From contig RDEW01000018.1 of NCBI GenBank assembly GCA_011109175.1, positions 979,222-1,043,221 on the forward strand: a stretch of DNA of 64,000 nt, written 5' to 3'. Below are positions 26,638 through 39,769 of this stretch, piece by piece. A program made the position numbers and the translations under genes. This stretch comes from Dicyema japonicum (Eukaryota; Animalia; Dicyemida). Positions within the stretch are counted from its first letter, which is position 1. Each line of letters opens with the position of its first letter. The notes beneath the pieces are model-generated. The model searched no databases and was not told the origin of the DNA. It saw only the letters and a program-made list of their open reading frames with translations.

Positions 26638-27456
26638 CTAAATATCATCATTCGACGACTTGTCCAAACTATCGTTATCCCCCGTTCCTAAACATAACCA
26701 CACCACTTCAAACTCCACAACACCAAATTGTCCTTCAAAAGCTGCAAAATATTGGTCACATCGTCTGACATTTCATGCGATGGGTCAGTATAGATTGCCT
26801 GGGCGCTCGAGAAGGCAGCATTTGCGATTTGTTCAGCCTTTACATTGTCATTCATGATCTCATAGTAGAATACGGACAGATTTAAGGCCAGTCCCATCCT
26901 ACCTGTGTGGTCAGCATCAAGATTCATGGCCAGTTCGTTTGCTTCTGTGTAAGCCTGGAGACTGGCTGCTACCGCACCCTCATTATCGGTCACCGCCTCC
27001 GCCACGTACCTGTTGTAGTCCCCCATCATCTTCAGGCCGAACACTTTGGTCTCCAAGGAGGCGCCTTCTAACTTGGAGAACTTTTCTGCATACAAACAGG
27101 AGCAGTCGCGGGCCTCTATTATTTTTTCAACGCACTAATCGTCACAAAGCAACTGACCTGGTCTCGAATTTCCCTAATGACGTCTTTTGAGTCGGCGAAC
27201 TCTTCTTTGAGGATTAGGAGGTCCAGAGCACGTATGCCATTCCTGTACTGGGCCATCTTGTTCTTACAGCATGAGGATAGACAGTTCCTAATATCCACTG
27301 GAACATCAGACTCGGGATTTAAATTTTTCAGGTAAGAGTCCAGCAGAGTGAAAGTATCTAGAAGATTAAGCATTTCCACTCACCATCAGAGCGGAAAATC
27401 TGGTCGCTTATGTAAATTGCGAGGTGAAGATCATCCCACTGAAGCTGACTAACCAT
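26638..27456 (-). CDS. Highly divergent 14-3-3 protein, 3 introns (26, 23, 26 nt)
   Basis: MVSQLQW...CKNKMAQYR...KMMGDYNRYVAE...GLALNLSVFYYEI...LQLLKDNLVLW|RTGDNDSLDKSSNDDI*. The final intron gives the expected acidic tail. Confidence 0.92.
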
Positions 27457-27949
27457 TTATTATTCAAATAAAGAATTATTTTATTTAAATAAAATTATTT
27501 TTTAAAATATAAATTAACTTTGTTTATTTTACGATCGAAACAATTTAAATTAATCCAATTTTTAATAATTTATCCTCTCAGCCGTTTCAATTCAATCAAT
27601 ACGCCTACAGCCTGCTTTCTGTCCCTGAGTGAGAAAACCCCATATGACCAGCCGGTTTTGTTCTTTCTTTTCTGATGAACTACAGGCTCCCAGTGGAGCT
27701 AGATTGAATAAATTTATCGATTTATGAATAATTAAACGTCAAAGGAAACCAATTGACTTTTCTAATTTGAATAAACTCAATTGATGTAAACTGGGATTCG
27801 GCTATTTTTGTCGAGTCTTGCAATTTCTGCGGTTAGTTTGAAGAAAACCACTTTTCTGGAGGAAAATTCAGTTTTGTGAGATGTAATCTTGCCATAATTT
27901 AATTAAATGGAATTAATCAATCAAAATTGAAAATTAATGGAATTCTGAT

Positions 27950-28350
27950 GGCCTATATCGACTGAATAAGAAACTTCATGGCCACAAGTCAGACGTCCCA
28001 GTGTGGCTTTGCTGATCATGCTGGAGTGGCATCCCTCAGTGTAAATTTAATTCTACCAGCTCCGGATACACCGAGAAATTAAGAATAAACAACTAATCAA
28101 GTGTAACCAGTTACTATGGTTACCCTTTCAGAGAGACAGTCCTTCCAAGACCACAGTTTTGAGAACTTCAAAAAATGATCCAATGGAGTAGAGACCATCA
28201 ATTACCAGTCAACATACCTAAGATCGATTTAATGATTTATTTCTTAATAATGCTTCCATGCGAACCTTAGCAACCGCATATACACGTGCGGCCTTAACTT
28301 GGATTATACTTGTCCGAACCACTTCTATATAACCCCTAGTTCTTTATCCT
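27950..28350 (+). mobile_element. Decayed LINE RT fragment
   Basis: SGIPQ and MIQWSRDHQLPVNIPK remnants (RT domains 4-6). Confidence 0.5.
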
Positions 28351-28423
28351 GTTCACACATGTTAGAAGAAACCACGATGAAAGAGATCATCATTAAAGTG
28401 ATAGTCGTCTTCTAAGAGAGTTA

Positions 28424-28769
28424 CGTCACAATCTCTGCTATCATGGACAAGCTTGACTTATAGGGGCTCTTTCGCTTTGATGAATTCAATATATGGGATT
28501 TAATGGGCGTTTGGTACTTTAGAATAAGAATTCCAGAAATAGCTTGTTTTCGAAATCGAACTGTCATATTGATTATTTTGAATGACATTGTTGTGGCGTC
28601 ACAATCTCTGCTATCATGGACAAGCTTGACTTATAGGGGCTCTTTCGCTTTGATGAATTCAATATATGGGATTTAATGGGCGTTTGGTACTTTAGAATAA
28701 GAATTCCAGAAATAGCTTGTTTTCGAAATCGAACTGTCATATTGATTATTTTGAATGACATTGTAGTGG
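28424..28769. repeat. 173-bp direct tandem duplication
   Basis: Two near-identical copies starting at 28424 and 28597. Confidence 0.95.
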
Positions 28770-28949
28770 CTAATAGTTAAACTTTTTTTTGAGTAAAAAA
28801 GAATAATTTTTTTAACAATCAAACAAATTTCAGTTGAGGAAGCCTGCTGCGTGGATTGCGAACGAGTTCCCTCGGAGTAGGGCTATTCCAATCTTTTTTC
28901 TTAGCCATAATAACTAATAATATTTTTTTGAGTAAAATATTATTAGTTA

Positions 28950-29500
28950 AACTCACAATTATTTTTTAGAGTACATGTGTCATATACACTCTAACCTACT
29001 CGAAACGCTACAAGGTGATCAGAGCTTCTCGAGACGCATGGACATTAAAGTTCATGAACCGAAGATAGGTCGGTATCATATTCTAAGACAAATAAGTTTT
29101 AGGGGTTATTGACGGATTCAAGAGCTCTTGGGTATGCGGTCCTGGCAGACTTCTTCAATTCACTGAAATATCTGAACCACCATACAATCTCTCTGCTGGA
29201 CATTAAAGTTCATGAACCGAAGATAGGTCGGTATCATATTCTAAGACAAATAAGTTTTAGGGGTTATTGACGGATTCAAGAGCTCTTGGGTATGCGGTCT
29301 TGGCAGACTTCTTCAATTCACTGAAATATCTGAACCACCATACAATCTCTCTGCTATCCTATGCAGATGACCTCATCATCCAGCCAGTAATCGTTCTGGT
29401 TAACCGCAGTTTTCTAGGCTCAACTGAAACTGGATAGTGAGTACGTCTGGTTGACAGCCACCTCTCAATATCGACGACAGAATCAAGCACTCGTCAAGAG
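28950..29500 (+). mobile_element. Decayed LINE RT fragment containing a 158-bp tandem duplication (29040-29355)
   Basis: LSYADDLII motif at about 29352-29380. Confidence 0.6.
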
Positions 29501-31246
29501 AATTCCTTTCAATTTGGAAGAATCCATCCAAACTTTACTGGTAGGCCATAGCATTGGTTGTGGAGTATGCATCTTCTGCATGGAGATTCGCGTTATTGGA
29601 TACCTCCGCTCTGATGCAGAAGGCTAAAACCCGATTCCCTGCACATTCTATGCATTTTTTTTAACAAGCCCATCTTTCACTAGAAGTGACTCCAGGGGTC
29701 CGGAATAGTTGTTCCTTATAATCTGTCTAGTGACCTCGTGTATAAGATTGGATTTGAACTTATTGTAACTATTATCCCTCACGTGCAGCTTCTGACAGGT
29801 GATCCTCAAGTTCTTCAACTTTGGTGTGACGAGATTCGAATCCGATCTTATGTGCAGACATTTCCTTTGTTCAGAAGTTCGGGTTTCCCATGTCCTCTAA
29901 ATCTCTTATCACAAGAATGGATATTCCGTGAATAGAAGTATGCCACCACCTCAGCTTTCTGACCAATTAACCCCAAATGGTCTATTTGACTTTGTGTCAC
30001 AAATTTGGGTTAAATACCGTACTCCATGTCTATATTTAGTTCACAGTAAACTTGAAAAGTTCATTAATTAGTCTTATCATTCAGGTTAGGCAGGTTTATA
30101 TTTTCAACCATTTCTGAGTTAACATAGAGTAATGGGGATTGACTTATTCTATACAGGTGTTTTAGGAGACCGAGTTCCCATCTTTGTGAAGCACATAAAT
30201 CCATGGCTGTTGTTTCCCGCTGATGATTCTGAAAAATACACAACGTGAGCGGACTGACTTTGCATAACAGGCTTGATTAATTTTCTCTGAGGCAGAAAAT
30301 ATAAATCTCAGTGCCCCACGTGCGTTTTACTGTTAGTAATAGATAATTTAACACCCTCTAAGCCATCTCCCACCATACATGGTATCAGACTGATCAATCC
30401 CCGAGGCCGCATATTAATGCTTTAAGAGGTTGTACTGAGCCAGAAAACTGAGACAAAACTAAATTAAAGCACAAATCAACTAATTTTTTAGACATCAACC
30501 ACTTTTAATGCTCATATAAGATCAAAGACTCGTTACCCCCTCTTTAGACACGTGTTATTATTTCATCCTTTCTGCTGAGGAGTAGTAATGCTGTTGTTGC
30601 TAACTAACCAAATGAATTAATCCAAGACATCAAAGGTCTTCTCAACTTCTTGTTCTCTTTTTTTTGCTAGCGTGTGAGTCCCTGAGACAATCCGGTTCCA
30701 CAGTGATGAATCACCGATAACGCTGTCACTCGTCAATTCCAGAAGCGTCTTAGATGCGTAGAACTTTTAACAAAATAGACAGCAGCAAGATTTGAACCAA
30801 TAGGTACTGGGTACACGTGACTTAGGAAGGGGGTTCAACAAAAGTAAAGATACATTGTCTTTCATTCCAGCGTTACCACTATAATTGTCGACAACCTCAT
30901 TCTTTGATCAGACGTAGTCCTTAATGTGCAATTAATCATATTGGCAGGACTATTTATTATTATTAGCAGCCCAGATTCATAGTAACTGTCACCTCAGATG
31001 GGTGATCCTCTAAGCTCTTTCAATTGGAGTTGAACGAACCCTCCATGCATCAGAACTACTTTTTGCGCCTAAGACTTCGGGTTTTTGATGTTTCCTGACT
31101 CCGTCACCTCGTCCATGCTCACTAGAAGACGAGGGCTTTCATCAATCATAGGTACGTCAGCACTTCAACCTTCCAACTTGGCAGGACTATTTAGGCAGTA
31201 AATCATAGTATCGACAATATATAAGCGAATGGCGGATAATCCTTAA

Positions 31247-31976
31247 ATGAGTACCAAAGTAGTGATGTTTTTGAGTAAAATAGAAATTTATAGAGAAGAA
31301 ACCAGAACAGCCAAAGAAAGTGGAGCCAGAGAAAAAATTGGAACCGCCAAAGAAGGTGGAGGAAGAGAAAAAGCCCGAACCTAGAAAAAGCGTTAAGGGA
31401 AATATTCTGTCAGTCTTGACGCAACCTCAAATACAGGAATTCAAAGAAGTCGGTGATTTACATAAAGTAGGCTTTTAGTATCATCGACCAAAACAACGAC
31501 GGAGTTGTGGATGTTAACGACTTGAGGACCACATTTGAGTCCTTTGGTTTCTTTAATGACTTATTTGAAGGATTAACCCCCGAGGAGGTTAGACTGAAGG
31601 AGATGCTAAGAGAAGCCAATGGACCCGTCAATTTTACATTATTTCTTAATTTATTTGGGGAGAAAATGGCAGGCAATAAATTATGTCATCAATTAGGGAC
31701 CGACAGCGAGCAAACGTTGGTCAAATCTTTCAAAATGTTTGATAAAGAAGGGACCGGGATGATTCAGGAAGATTAGTTTGATTTTGATAAATTTCCCTAG
31801 CTTGAAAAATTTACTAGAAAATATGGGAGACAATCTCACAGAAAAAGAAGTTCAATGTTACTAATACTCAGTTGAAAGAAGCATGCAAGGACTTCACTAT
31901 CAATAATAAGGGGGAGATAGATTATGTCAGCTATTCTAGGCTCATCAAAAGAGGAGAGGACGACGTTAAGCCATAA
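31247..31976 (+). CDS. Myosin II regulatory light chain with K/P/E-rich N-terminal extension; 6 introns, one GC-AG
   Basis: QIQEFKE|AFSIIDQNNDGVVDVNDL (EF-hand 1), GPVNFTLFLNLFGEKMAG|TDSEQ, FKMFDKEGTG, GEIDYVSYSRLIKRG; stop TAA. Confidence 0.95.
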
Positions 31977-33561
31977 CCATTAATCTCACTTACTAACTAC
32001 GTTAATTGAAATATACCTTTTTAGACGTTCACTCGGAAATAATGAATTTACAGGGAGTCGACAAAAATAGGAAAAAGCCGATAACTAGGTAATTCCTCTC
32101 CCATTTCTCGATTCCCGGCTGTTTTCTTGAAATTCCTTCAGCTGGTGTCTGCAAGAAAGTTGATTTTTGAGGTGGGAATTCCGAGTCCTAGTTTTTAAAG
32201 CATATGGATTTGCAGCTGTTGACACACGATGATGATGTGGACTGCAGGGGTAGGGGGATCCGCAATTTGTAAACTGATTGCGCTAAATTTCTCCACTTGT
32301 ATGAGAGAAAATCAACTCTACACAACTTCGTGCCCACACGTGCTATTCAAACCTCCAGGGACAACAAAATACTAAGGACAGACCTCCTGAAACTCGTCGT
32401 TATCAAGGACCGTCAAAGTGGAACTGATGTGGGTATGCTCATTAATGGGTGGAAGAGGAGTGCAGGATCTCTGAGAGATCTTTTTTGACTGGCTAATAAG
32501 ATAATTTAACATCCTCCAAATAAGCTCATATGATACTCCTTTACATCAGCCTTGTCTGTCTATGATCGAAATTGTATCGAGGACTTAGAACAACCTTAGA
32601 AGACTTTTGTGCTCCCATTTTATATTATCTAGGATACTCTCACGAGAGAAGGAACGAATCTGTATCGAATTGGAGAATCTTAGAATTTCTAATTTATTCT
32701 AAAAACAAGGCAGTATAAGGCCAACAACACGTGCCGAAACCCCTTTCCCAAGAAAACGGATGACAGATTCCGCGTAATCCTGAAACTTTCGCAGTCGAAC
32801 ATTTCTTTGTTAAGAAACATCGACCATTTATGTTTTAAAGTCCCCCGTTTTCGCATAAAAGACAAAATGACGGACGGGTCATATTCGTAGAGACATTGAG
32901 TGCAATATAGCCACGTCATCAGCTCAACCTTCCACCAATTGACCAACATAACTGTTGATAGACGTGGAACCTTGCATTGAAGTCAAATCACTTGGGATGC
33001 CCAGAAAGGGTCGAGAGTTAAAAAGAAATAAAAAAGTCTCGAAGGACATTCAATCAAAATATCGGGGATTGAGTGGCTTATCTGGAAGAGAGAAGGATAA
33101 TGAAGAGAGGAGATGATTCATCGGACTGATTTCTATACAAATTTTGAGAGTAAAAATAAACAAGAAACACATCAAATTTTTTATTCAAAAATTATTTGTT
33201 GTGGGCGTTCCTNAACAACCTTAGAAGACTTTTATGCTCCCATCTTAAATTATCTAGGATACTCTCACAAGAGAAGGAACGAATCTGTATGGAATTGGAG
33301 AATCTTAACATTTCCAACTTATTCTAAAAACAATATTCGAGGCAGTTTAAGGCCAACAACACGTGCCGAAACCCCTTTCCCAAGAAAACGGATGACAGAT
33401 TCCGCGTAATTCTGAAACATCGGGGATTGAGTGGCTTATCTGGGGGAGATGGTTCATCGGACTGATTTCTATACAAATATTGAGGGGAAACATGATCCAA
33501 TTTTGAGAGTAAAAATAAACAAGAAACACATCAAATTTTGTATTCAAAAATTTGTAAAAAA

Positions 33562-33940
33562 TTATTTGTTGTGTGCGTTCCTTAAAGACAGATAAGCGCT
33601 GACAGCATCAGCCGATAGTTGTCGGATGACTTGGTACTCTGACGAATTAGCGAATCTCAAACACGTGGCAGGATCAGTGTAGGAAGCAGGAATTCCTGAG
33701 ATGTCAGAATAACGTTTATAGGGTCTTTTAGAGTTCCCCACCTCGAACGAATCGTCTGAATGACTAATAAAGGTACAATGATATATATTGTTGGTGGATT
33801 TTTCTGCCTGCAATATTTGTCGTAGATATCGGTGATTCCGCCATTTCTTCTGTCTTTCCGGTAAATTTGCCTTTTACGTGAAAATAACTGAATACCTGAT
33901 ATTCGGGTTGTTTGAATGAATATTTAGTAGTGGTGACCAT
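33562..33940 (-). CDS. INO80C: INO80 complex subunit C (IES6, YL1-C domain), 2 introns (25, 21 nt)
   Basis: YSFKQP..YLRQILQAEK..KRYSDISGIPASYTDPATCLRF...IRQLSADAVSAYLSLRNA matches the recalled INO80C C-terminus. Confidence 0.92.
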
Positions 33941-34967
33941 CACAAAATATCAAAATTCAAATATAATAAATATTTAAATTATTTATTTTTTCGATTTTAT
34001 TTATTAATAATTTTGACGACTAATGAGGATAAAGAAGGAGGTGTTATGTCTTCCTCAAGAGTCAAGTATGCAAGTCACAGAGGCTCGCTTGAATCTGTTT
34101 AGTCACATTGTTGGCGCTATCAAACAACCAAATATCTCTGCGGGGGACTACTTCCAAAGATTTGGGGAAAGTTCCATTGACGCGTCATATAGCATTTCTT
34201 AATGTTCTCTTTGGAATTCGAGCCTGTGAAAGGAACGCTGGAGAGCTGGAAAGACTTCATTGATGGAATCTGTCTTCTAATAAATGAGAGTAAATTAGCT
34301 GGTTAAGACGATCATCAAGACGCAGTACATGTAGTATTGTAAATTATGATAATATCGAACAAACTCTAGCTACTGGTGTTTTCCAAAAATAAACCCATGT
34401 GCCTATGCTCATTGAAAGGAGATTTAAACATTGCTGAGTTTAAATGTTCTGATAAATGGATTTTCAATTTTTGTAAACGACATCACCTAACAAGTAGGCG
34501 AATAACGCATGTAGGGTAACAAGATAATCGGCCTATCGAAAAAAAGGGAATTACTGATTATTTGTTGGCATTGTTTTTTTGGCATGGACTTATTTTCGGA
34601 AGGGCCTATATTTCGGAACACGTAGGAGATTTTAACCATTTCCAACAGCCATTTTTTGAACTTTTTCGAATACGTCGAGTAAGAAGTTAATGGTAAACAA
34701 CTATTTATGTGTACCCAATGCTCACGGTCTCAAGTAATTCCGAGCACAAGTCCATCCGTAATAAAAGTTATGGGAACCCTTCCAAGAAATGATTCAGTTA
34801 TGGGAACCCTGCAGAATGAGTGAAAAAATGATCCCTTTGATGCCTTTCTTGCATTGGACGCCTTCCAAGACGGGTGTATCGAGGTGGTCAAATAAATATA
34901 AAATTCTATAAATTATTTTAATTTTTTTTAAAATATTTTGCTAAATAACATAATCAAATCAACAACT

Positions 34968-34980
34968 GTTGCCTAGTAAA
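34968..34980 (+). promoter_or_regulatory. RFX X-box-like motif 6 nt upstream of the MORN5 ATG
   Basis: GTTGCCTAGTAAA; 12/13 to GTTGCCTAGTAAC. Confidence 0.55.
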
Positions 34981-34986
34981 ACTCAA

Positions 34987-35646
34987 ATGGAGTATATTGG
35001 ATCGTGTTATGAGGGGGAGAGGAACAACGGAAGGTTACACAATTTCGTAGCATTTTTAAAGGCTGGAAGGGCGTGGAAAGTATTACTTTCCGACGGAAAC
35101 TCATTATGAAGGAGAGCTGACTGACGGAATGTTTCACGGAAGGGGGACTTTATTTTTCCCAGGAAGAGGTAAGTTTGTTGGAAGATGGGAATACGGAGTC
35201 GCAGTCGAAGTTCATTAAAGTCATCATTTTCAGGGAACCTATATTTTCGCTGATGGTTTGGAATACAAAGAAAAAGACTGGAAATACTGCACATTTGCAG
35301 ACAGAAGATACTACAGTGAGATTTGCAACGGTCTCCGGCCCTCAGGTACTCCCTGTGGTCATCATCCCTTTAAAGGTCGATCACAGGTTACAAATCTTCA
35401 CCCGCCAAGAGAAATCTTCAAGAATCACTACGAGTGTAAAGAAGGGTTCTACGATCCTCAAAAACGAATAATATTTGACTACAATGGCGAGTTCTTGGAG
35501 AACGCAGGCATTGTAATTCAATTATTAAAGACGACGACTACCACGCATGGATTGTGGAAAATTGTCGCAAAGGCTGGGACGAGTGGGTTGGTCACCCAGT
35601 CTCCACAAATGACCCTTTTATCGAAAAATCCCCAATTAACAAATAA
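34987..35646 (+). CDS. MORN5: MORN repeat-containing protein 5, 4 introns (28, 24, 30, 23 nt; last is GC-AG)
   Basis: [67 protein letters not shown]|[15 protein letters not shown]. Confidence 0.95.
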
Positions 35647-35699
35647 AGTTATTTAGACTAACCATTACCACTAAGAAAGTCGATATTATACTCTAGCAC

Positions 35700-35900
35700 G
35701 TGTCTCTCTAACCAATCGACTCCTTGTCTGTGGTGGAAACCCGCATAGTCAAACACGCTTTATTGACACACAAGAAGTCCATTTCTAGGACAGAAAGTAG
35801 CTAGGATGTCCTTGGCACGTTCCACCTCAAGATTTTCACGATCTTAACCTCGTGGGCTCTCGGATCTAACTATCTAACCTTGTTGCGATAAAAAAAGGGG
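35700..35900 (-). mobile_element. LINE APE N-terminal fragment
   Basis: VKILRWNV...DFLCVN remnant with an in-frame stop. Confidence 0.45.
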
Positions 35901-36061
35901 AAGTCGATAAAAGGGACGGCTGACTAAGAGCTGCTGCCCGCAATTAAATTTTTGTTCACAACCTATCGTGTTTTTTTTATTTTATAAGGAATTTATTATT
36001 TAAAGTTTATTTATTTTTAAATTTATTTATTTAAATTGGAATAAAGACGAAATTATATAAA

Positions 36062-38733
36062 TTAAAAAGTTAACTTATTTTTTGGCGGTCGTCCTTCTAA
36101 AAATATAAAACCGGAATACTTTTTTGAAAATTGTCGATTTACACTGGGAACTGCTGCAATTTAAAAATTTGCTAACTTTTCCCAGAACTTCCTGCAGAAG
36201 TAGATTTTTCAACTTCCTAAAAACATCTAAACCCATAGTTTACATCGTCCATCTCAAGTTCCTCCTTCTCCTTTGCCATGTCTTTAATGTCCTCGTCGTT
36301 CATCATTTGGAGTGATTTAGACTGCAATGTAACCAACCAACTCCAAACGTGGATGTTAGAAACTTCGCAGTAATCCGCCTGTTTTGACATCTTTAAAAGT
36401 CTATTTATTTTTTAAACATTTGATACTTCCTTCATTGAGGAAGCGGTTTCGACGTCAGTCTCCATTATGAAGGCCTCCCTCAGAGAAATTTTCAGTTTGG
36501 CTATGAGGTCGACTTCTTCGGGTTTTATGCAGCGACGGCAGTCCATGATTGTGGGACATACACTGTAGCGGACTATTGTGATGGGGTCGTTGAGAAGACT
36601 GATCAGATGGGGGACAAAATATTTCTTGTTAAACTCCCTGGAAAATATTTTGAAGGAACTTTTGACAATCTCAATGAAGGATATTCTCAGATAGCAGCTT
36701 GTGCTCAGACAAAACTCTTTGATAAAATTTATGAGGCACCGTTTATGAGTTTGTTTATGTACTCCTGCTTTCTGTGACGTTGTTTGGTGTATCTGATGAT
36801 CATCAGGATTAGTACTCCGTAGCAGTTGATCACAGGGAGAGGGAGCTAAATTATGCAAACATACAACTGAGCCTTTCAGGTGAGTCCAAATAAGGGGGAC
36901 AAATTTTTGGTTGATTACGTTTTGGGGGAAAGCCTGCCAACATTTCATGAACTGTTCCACGTAAACGAGGTGCAACTGCCAAGCATAATGCTCAACTAAG
37001 AGAGCCTCAACGTCCTGGAAGATTCTCACAAATTCATTGATTAAGTACGCCTCGAATAAACCTCCAAAATACATTTTCTGCTTTGTTGTGCTTGCATTGC
37101 AGAAAAGTATTGGTGATGTCCCCCAGGTTGGGGACAATCTCGCTAACGATCTATATTAACGGATTCAGTTAACTTCAAAGTCTTTCAAATTGCACAAATC
37201 GACGAATATCTGCCGAACAGAGCCACAATCGGTGCCCAATGTTAGAATAATCTACTTTGCCTCCACTGACAACCTCGTAGAAGCCCTTGGAAAGAGTTTT
37301 CTTTATTTGAATGGTTCCTTCAGAAGTGAGGACTTTGAGGCACTGGAAAAGATGACTTTGGAACAGTCTCCTTCCTATAATTTTTGAGATTTTCTGGAAT
37401 TACAAATATCTCAAACTCCGATGTTTTTTGCCACTCCTTCTTTGAAGGTCAGAGACTTTGAAATCTTGTGGGGGTTCTAAAATGCTCAAAATCGTGACCT
37501 TATCCTCAAAGAAGCAAAGTTTGGAAAAATATTCGACAAAGTCCACAATTTGGTTCTCACTCAGATCGTCTAGAATACATTCACCTCAGAACTCTTCATA
37601 TTTCCCAGAATTGTCCCGTAGTTGGTTACGATAGTGTGCAGAGTCTCCTCCAGCCTTTCGAAGGATTCTTGGAAAAGCTTCCAAATGTTTGAAATACAGC
37701 GTTGTTTGACGTCTAAAATGACCACGTGGACGTACCTGAGGTCAGTAGAGGGAATACTTCAGCTAAAGTCTCAATTGCCGCCGATTTGACGGTAACGGAG
37801 TCGTCTTTGAGAAGTTCAACTAGTTCGGGGAATATCATCGAAGTCGTATTTTGCTTGCTGAGATATATCCCCCAAAAATACCTGATTAAGTAGGCGATCT
37901 TCCCGAGCTCCTTGCACATGGCTGCCCGCACATCATATTCGACGTCTTGGCAAAGATCTCTGACAAGACGAAAAAGTTGGTCCACGATTCTGCAATGGTT
38001 GTACAAGAGAACGGTTTTTTCTGAACTTTCTTCAGTCCAGCCTTGATGAGTCGACAGCTGAAGACCCTGCTTTGGATGGACTTTGAGATGTGAGCGTTAG
38101 AGATAATTATGGGCACAATCTTGGAGGTGGTCGCCTCCTCAGTCAAACGAGAAGATATCTCTACAAGACCGTCAAACCAAAATGTCGAATTTTCTGGAAT
38201 ACAGAGAACCCCCACCTTCGCTGTTCTCAGATATTCCCACCAGAAATATGGGGAGGAAATGTTCCGTGTATTTCTCAGAACTCATCACCTTAGATGACGC
38301 AATCTTTACGGAGACATTGCAGAGTAAATTTTGGAGAATCAGTCCATAATGAATCATGGAATCCTAAAATGACCCCCATCGCCAACTTTAAGGAGTGGAA
38401 TAACTCTACTTCCGCAGTCTTCGAGGTCATCTTCCACTAAAGTCTCAAGCTTCTGGACAGCACTATACTTTTGAACTTCCATCTCACTCCTAAAGTACTC
38501 ATGCAACGCCGTGCATCCCCATGCTACAATATTGGGGGATCTGTTACTAAGCAATGGGCAACAGCAATCAGCAGTAATATAGCAACCTTAGAAGAATAAC
38601 GGTCTTTTCGACTTCCGAGGCATGTTCGGGGATTACTAGATATTCCCTATCTTTCTCGCTCTAAAAGATTATGCAATAATAGAACTTCCAAGGTTTTGGG
38701 GACCTTTTCGAATTCAAAGTCTGAGAGATCCAT
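36062..38733 (-). CDS. PPP4R4: Protein phosphatase 4 regulatory subunit 4 (HEAT repeats); last exons approximate
   Basis: SKSIQSRVFSCRLI, LVRDLCQDVEYDVRAAMCKEL, FPELVELLKDDSVTVK, FSREFNKKYFVPHLISLLNDP..VR and DMAKEKEE follow recalled PPP4R4 motifs. Confidence 0.88.
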
Positions 38734-39769
38734 GAATTAAAGCAATGTGGCGCAATTAATTATTTATAGCCGATTTAAACGTGATGTGAACATAAATTCG
38801 ATTTATTCGATTTATCAGAAACCATGGTTATTCTCAACTGCACTTTTATGGCCCATTTCCTTAATATTGATAATTTGTGCCCCTTGAAAATAGAACATCT
38901 CGAAAATTCCATAAAGCATTGGCTGCGGTTTTAGCGGCACATGTCAAAATTTAGACTGCGGAAAAGTCGGTCAAACTTTATTATCAAGAACGGCGGGAGT
39001 TAATAATCAAACTAACAAGTTCCTGTGTCTCCTCGGGATAGACCTGTCTACGTTTCCCCTAATGTAGTGACATGTGACTCGACGTTTTCTATATCCAAAG
39101 TCTCCTGAATCCATCATTTCGTTCATTCAAACAAGAAGGGGAATTGGAGATCACAACTATTTGAGGAGATGGAGACATTCGTAGCATAGAGATGGGTCAC
39201 CACCTCGCCCATCCGACGAAAATCAAGCTTTTAAGGGTCCTAAATAAATTGTGAATTTCATCCTGGACCGACGGAAAGTGAGTTTGATTAAGGTAGCTCC
39301 CCTGGCTCATAGGGCGTATTTCCTCACAGACCCTCAGGGTAAATGCCTTCTCAATTATGAGAGCAGTCAGTGGGTGTCAACTGTCTGTGTTTATTAATAA
39401 AAAACACTAAATCGAACAATTACTTAATAGATTTTATAACAAAGGCAGATTTTGCTATTTTTTAGTCGAAAGTGGACACTTTACGTTTCATATGGGAGAT
39501 GTCACTAAAGGGGGTGATCACTAGAAGGAAGGCTTTCAATTCAATAAAAACTAGTTTGTAAGTCTTTACTAAAGGAGATTTGATAGGCGCGGTCCAATTT
39601 TGTGGTCCAAAATTATTTGATTTTTAAAGTTGATTGAACTCATTTGCTCATGCCGAATAGTCTCAAAAATCTCTTTACATTACTATTTTTGACGACATGA
39701 AGAGACCCAAATATGGCTTAATGAAATTGGAGTAACTATCAGGAAATCTAAAATCTGTGGACGGGTTTG

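Noticed and set aside
27570-27900. Possible small gene upstream of 14-3-3 (exon LHWEPVVHQKRK...LKRLRG*)
   Set aside because: No in-frame start and no consistent splice model could be built.
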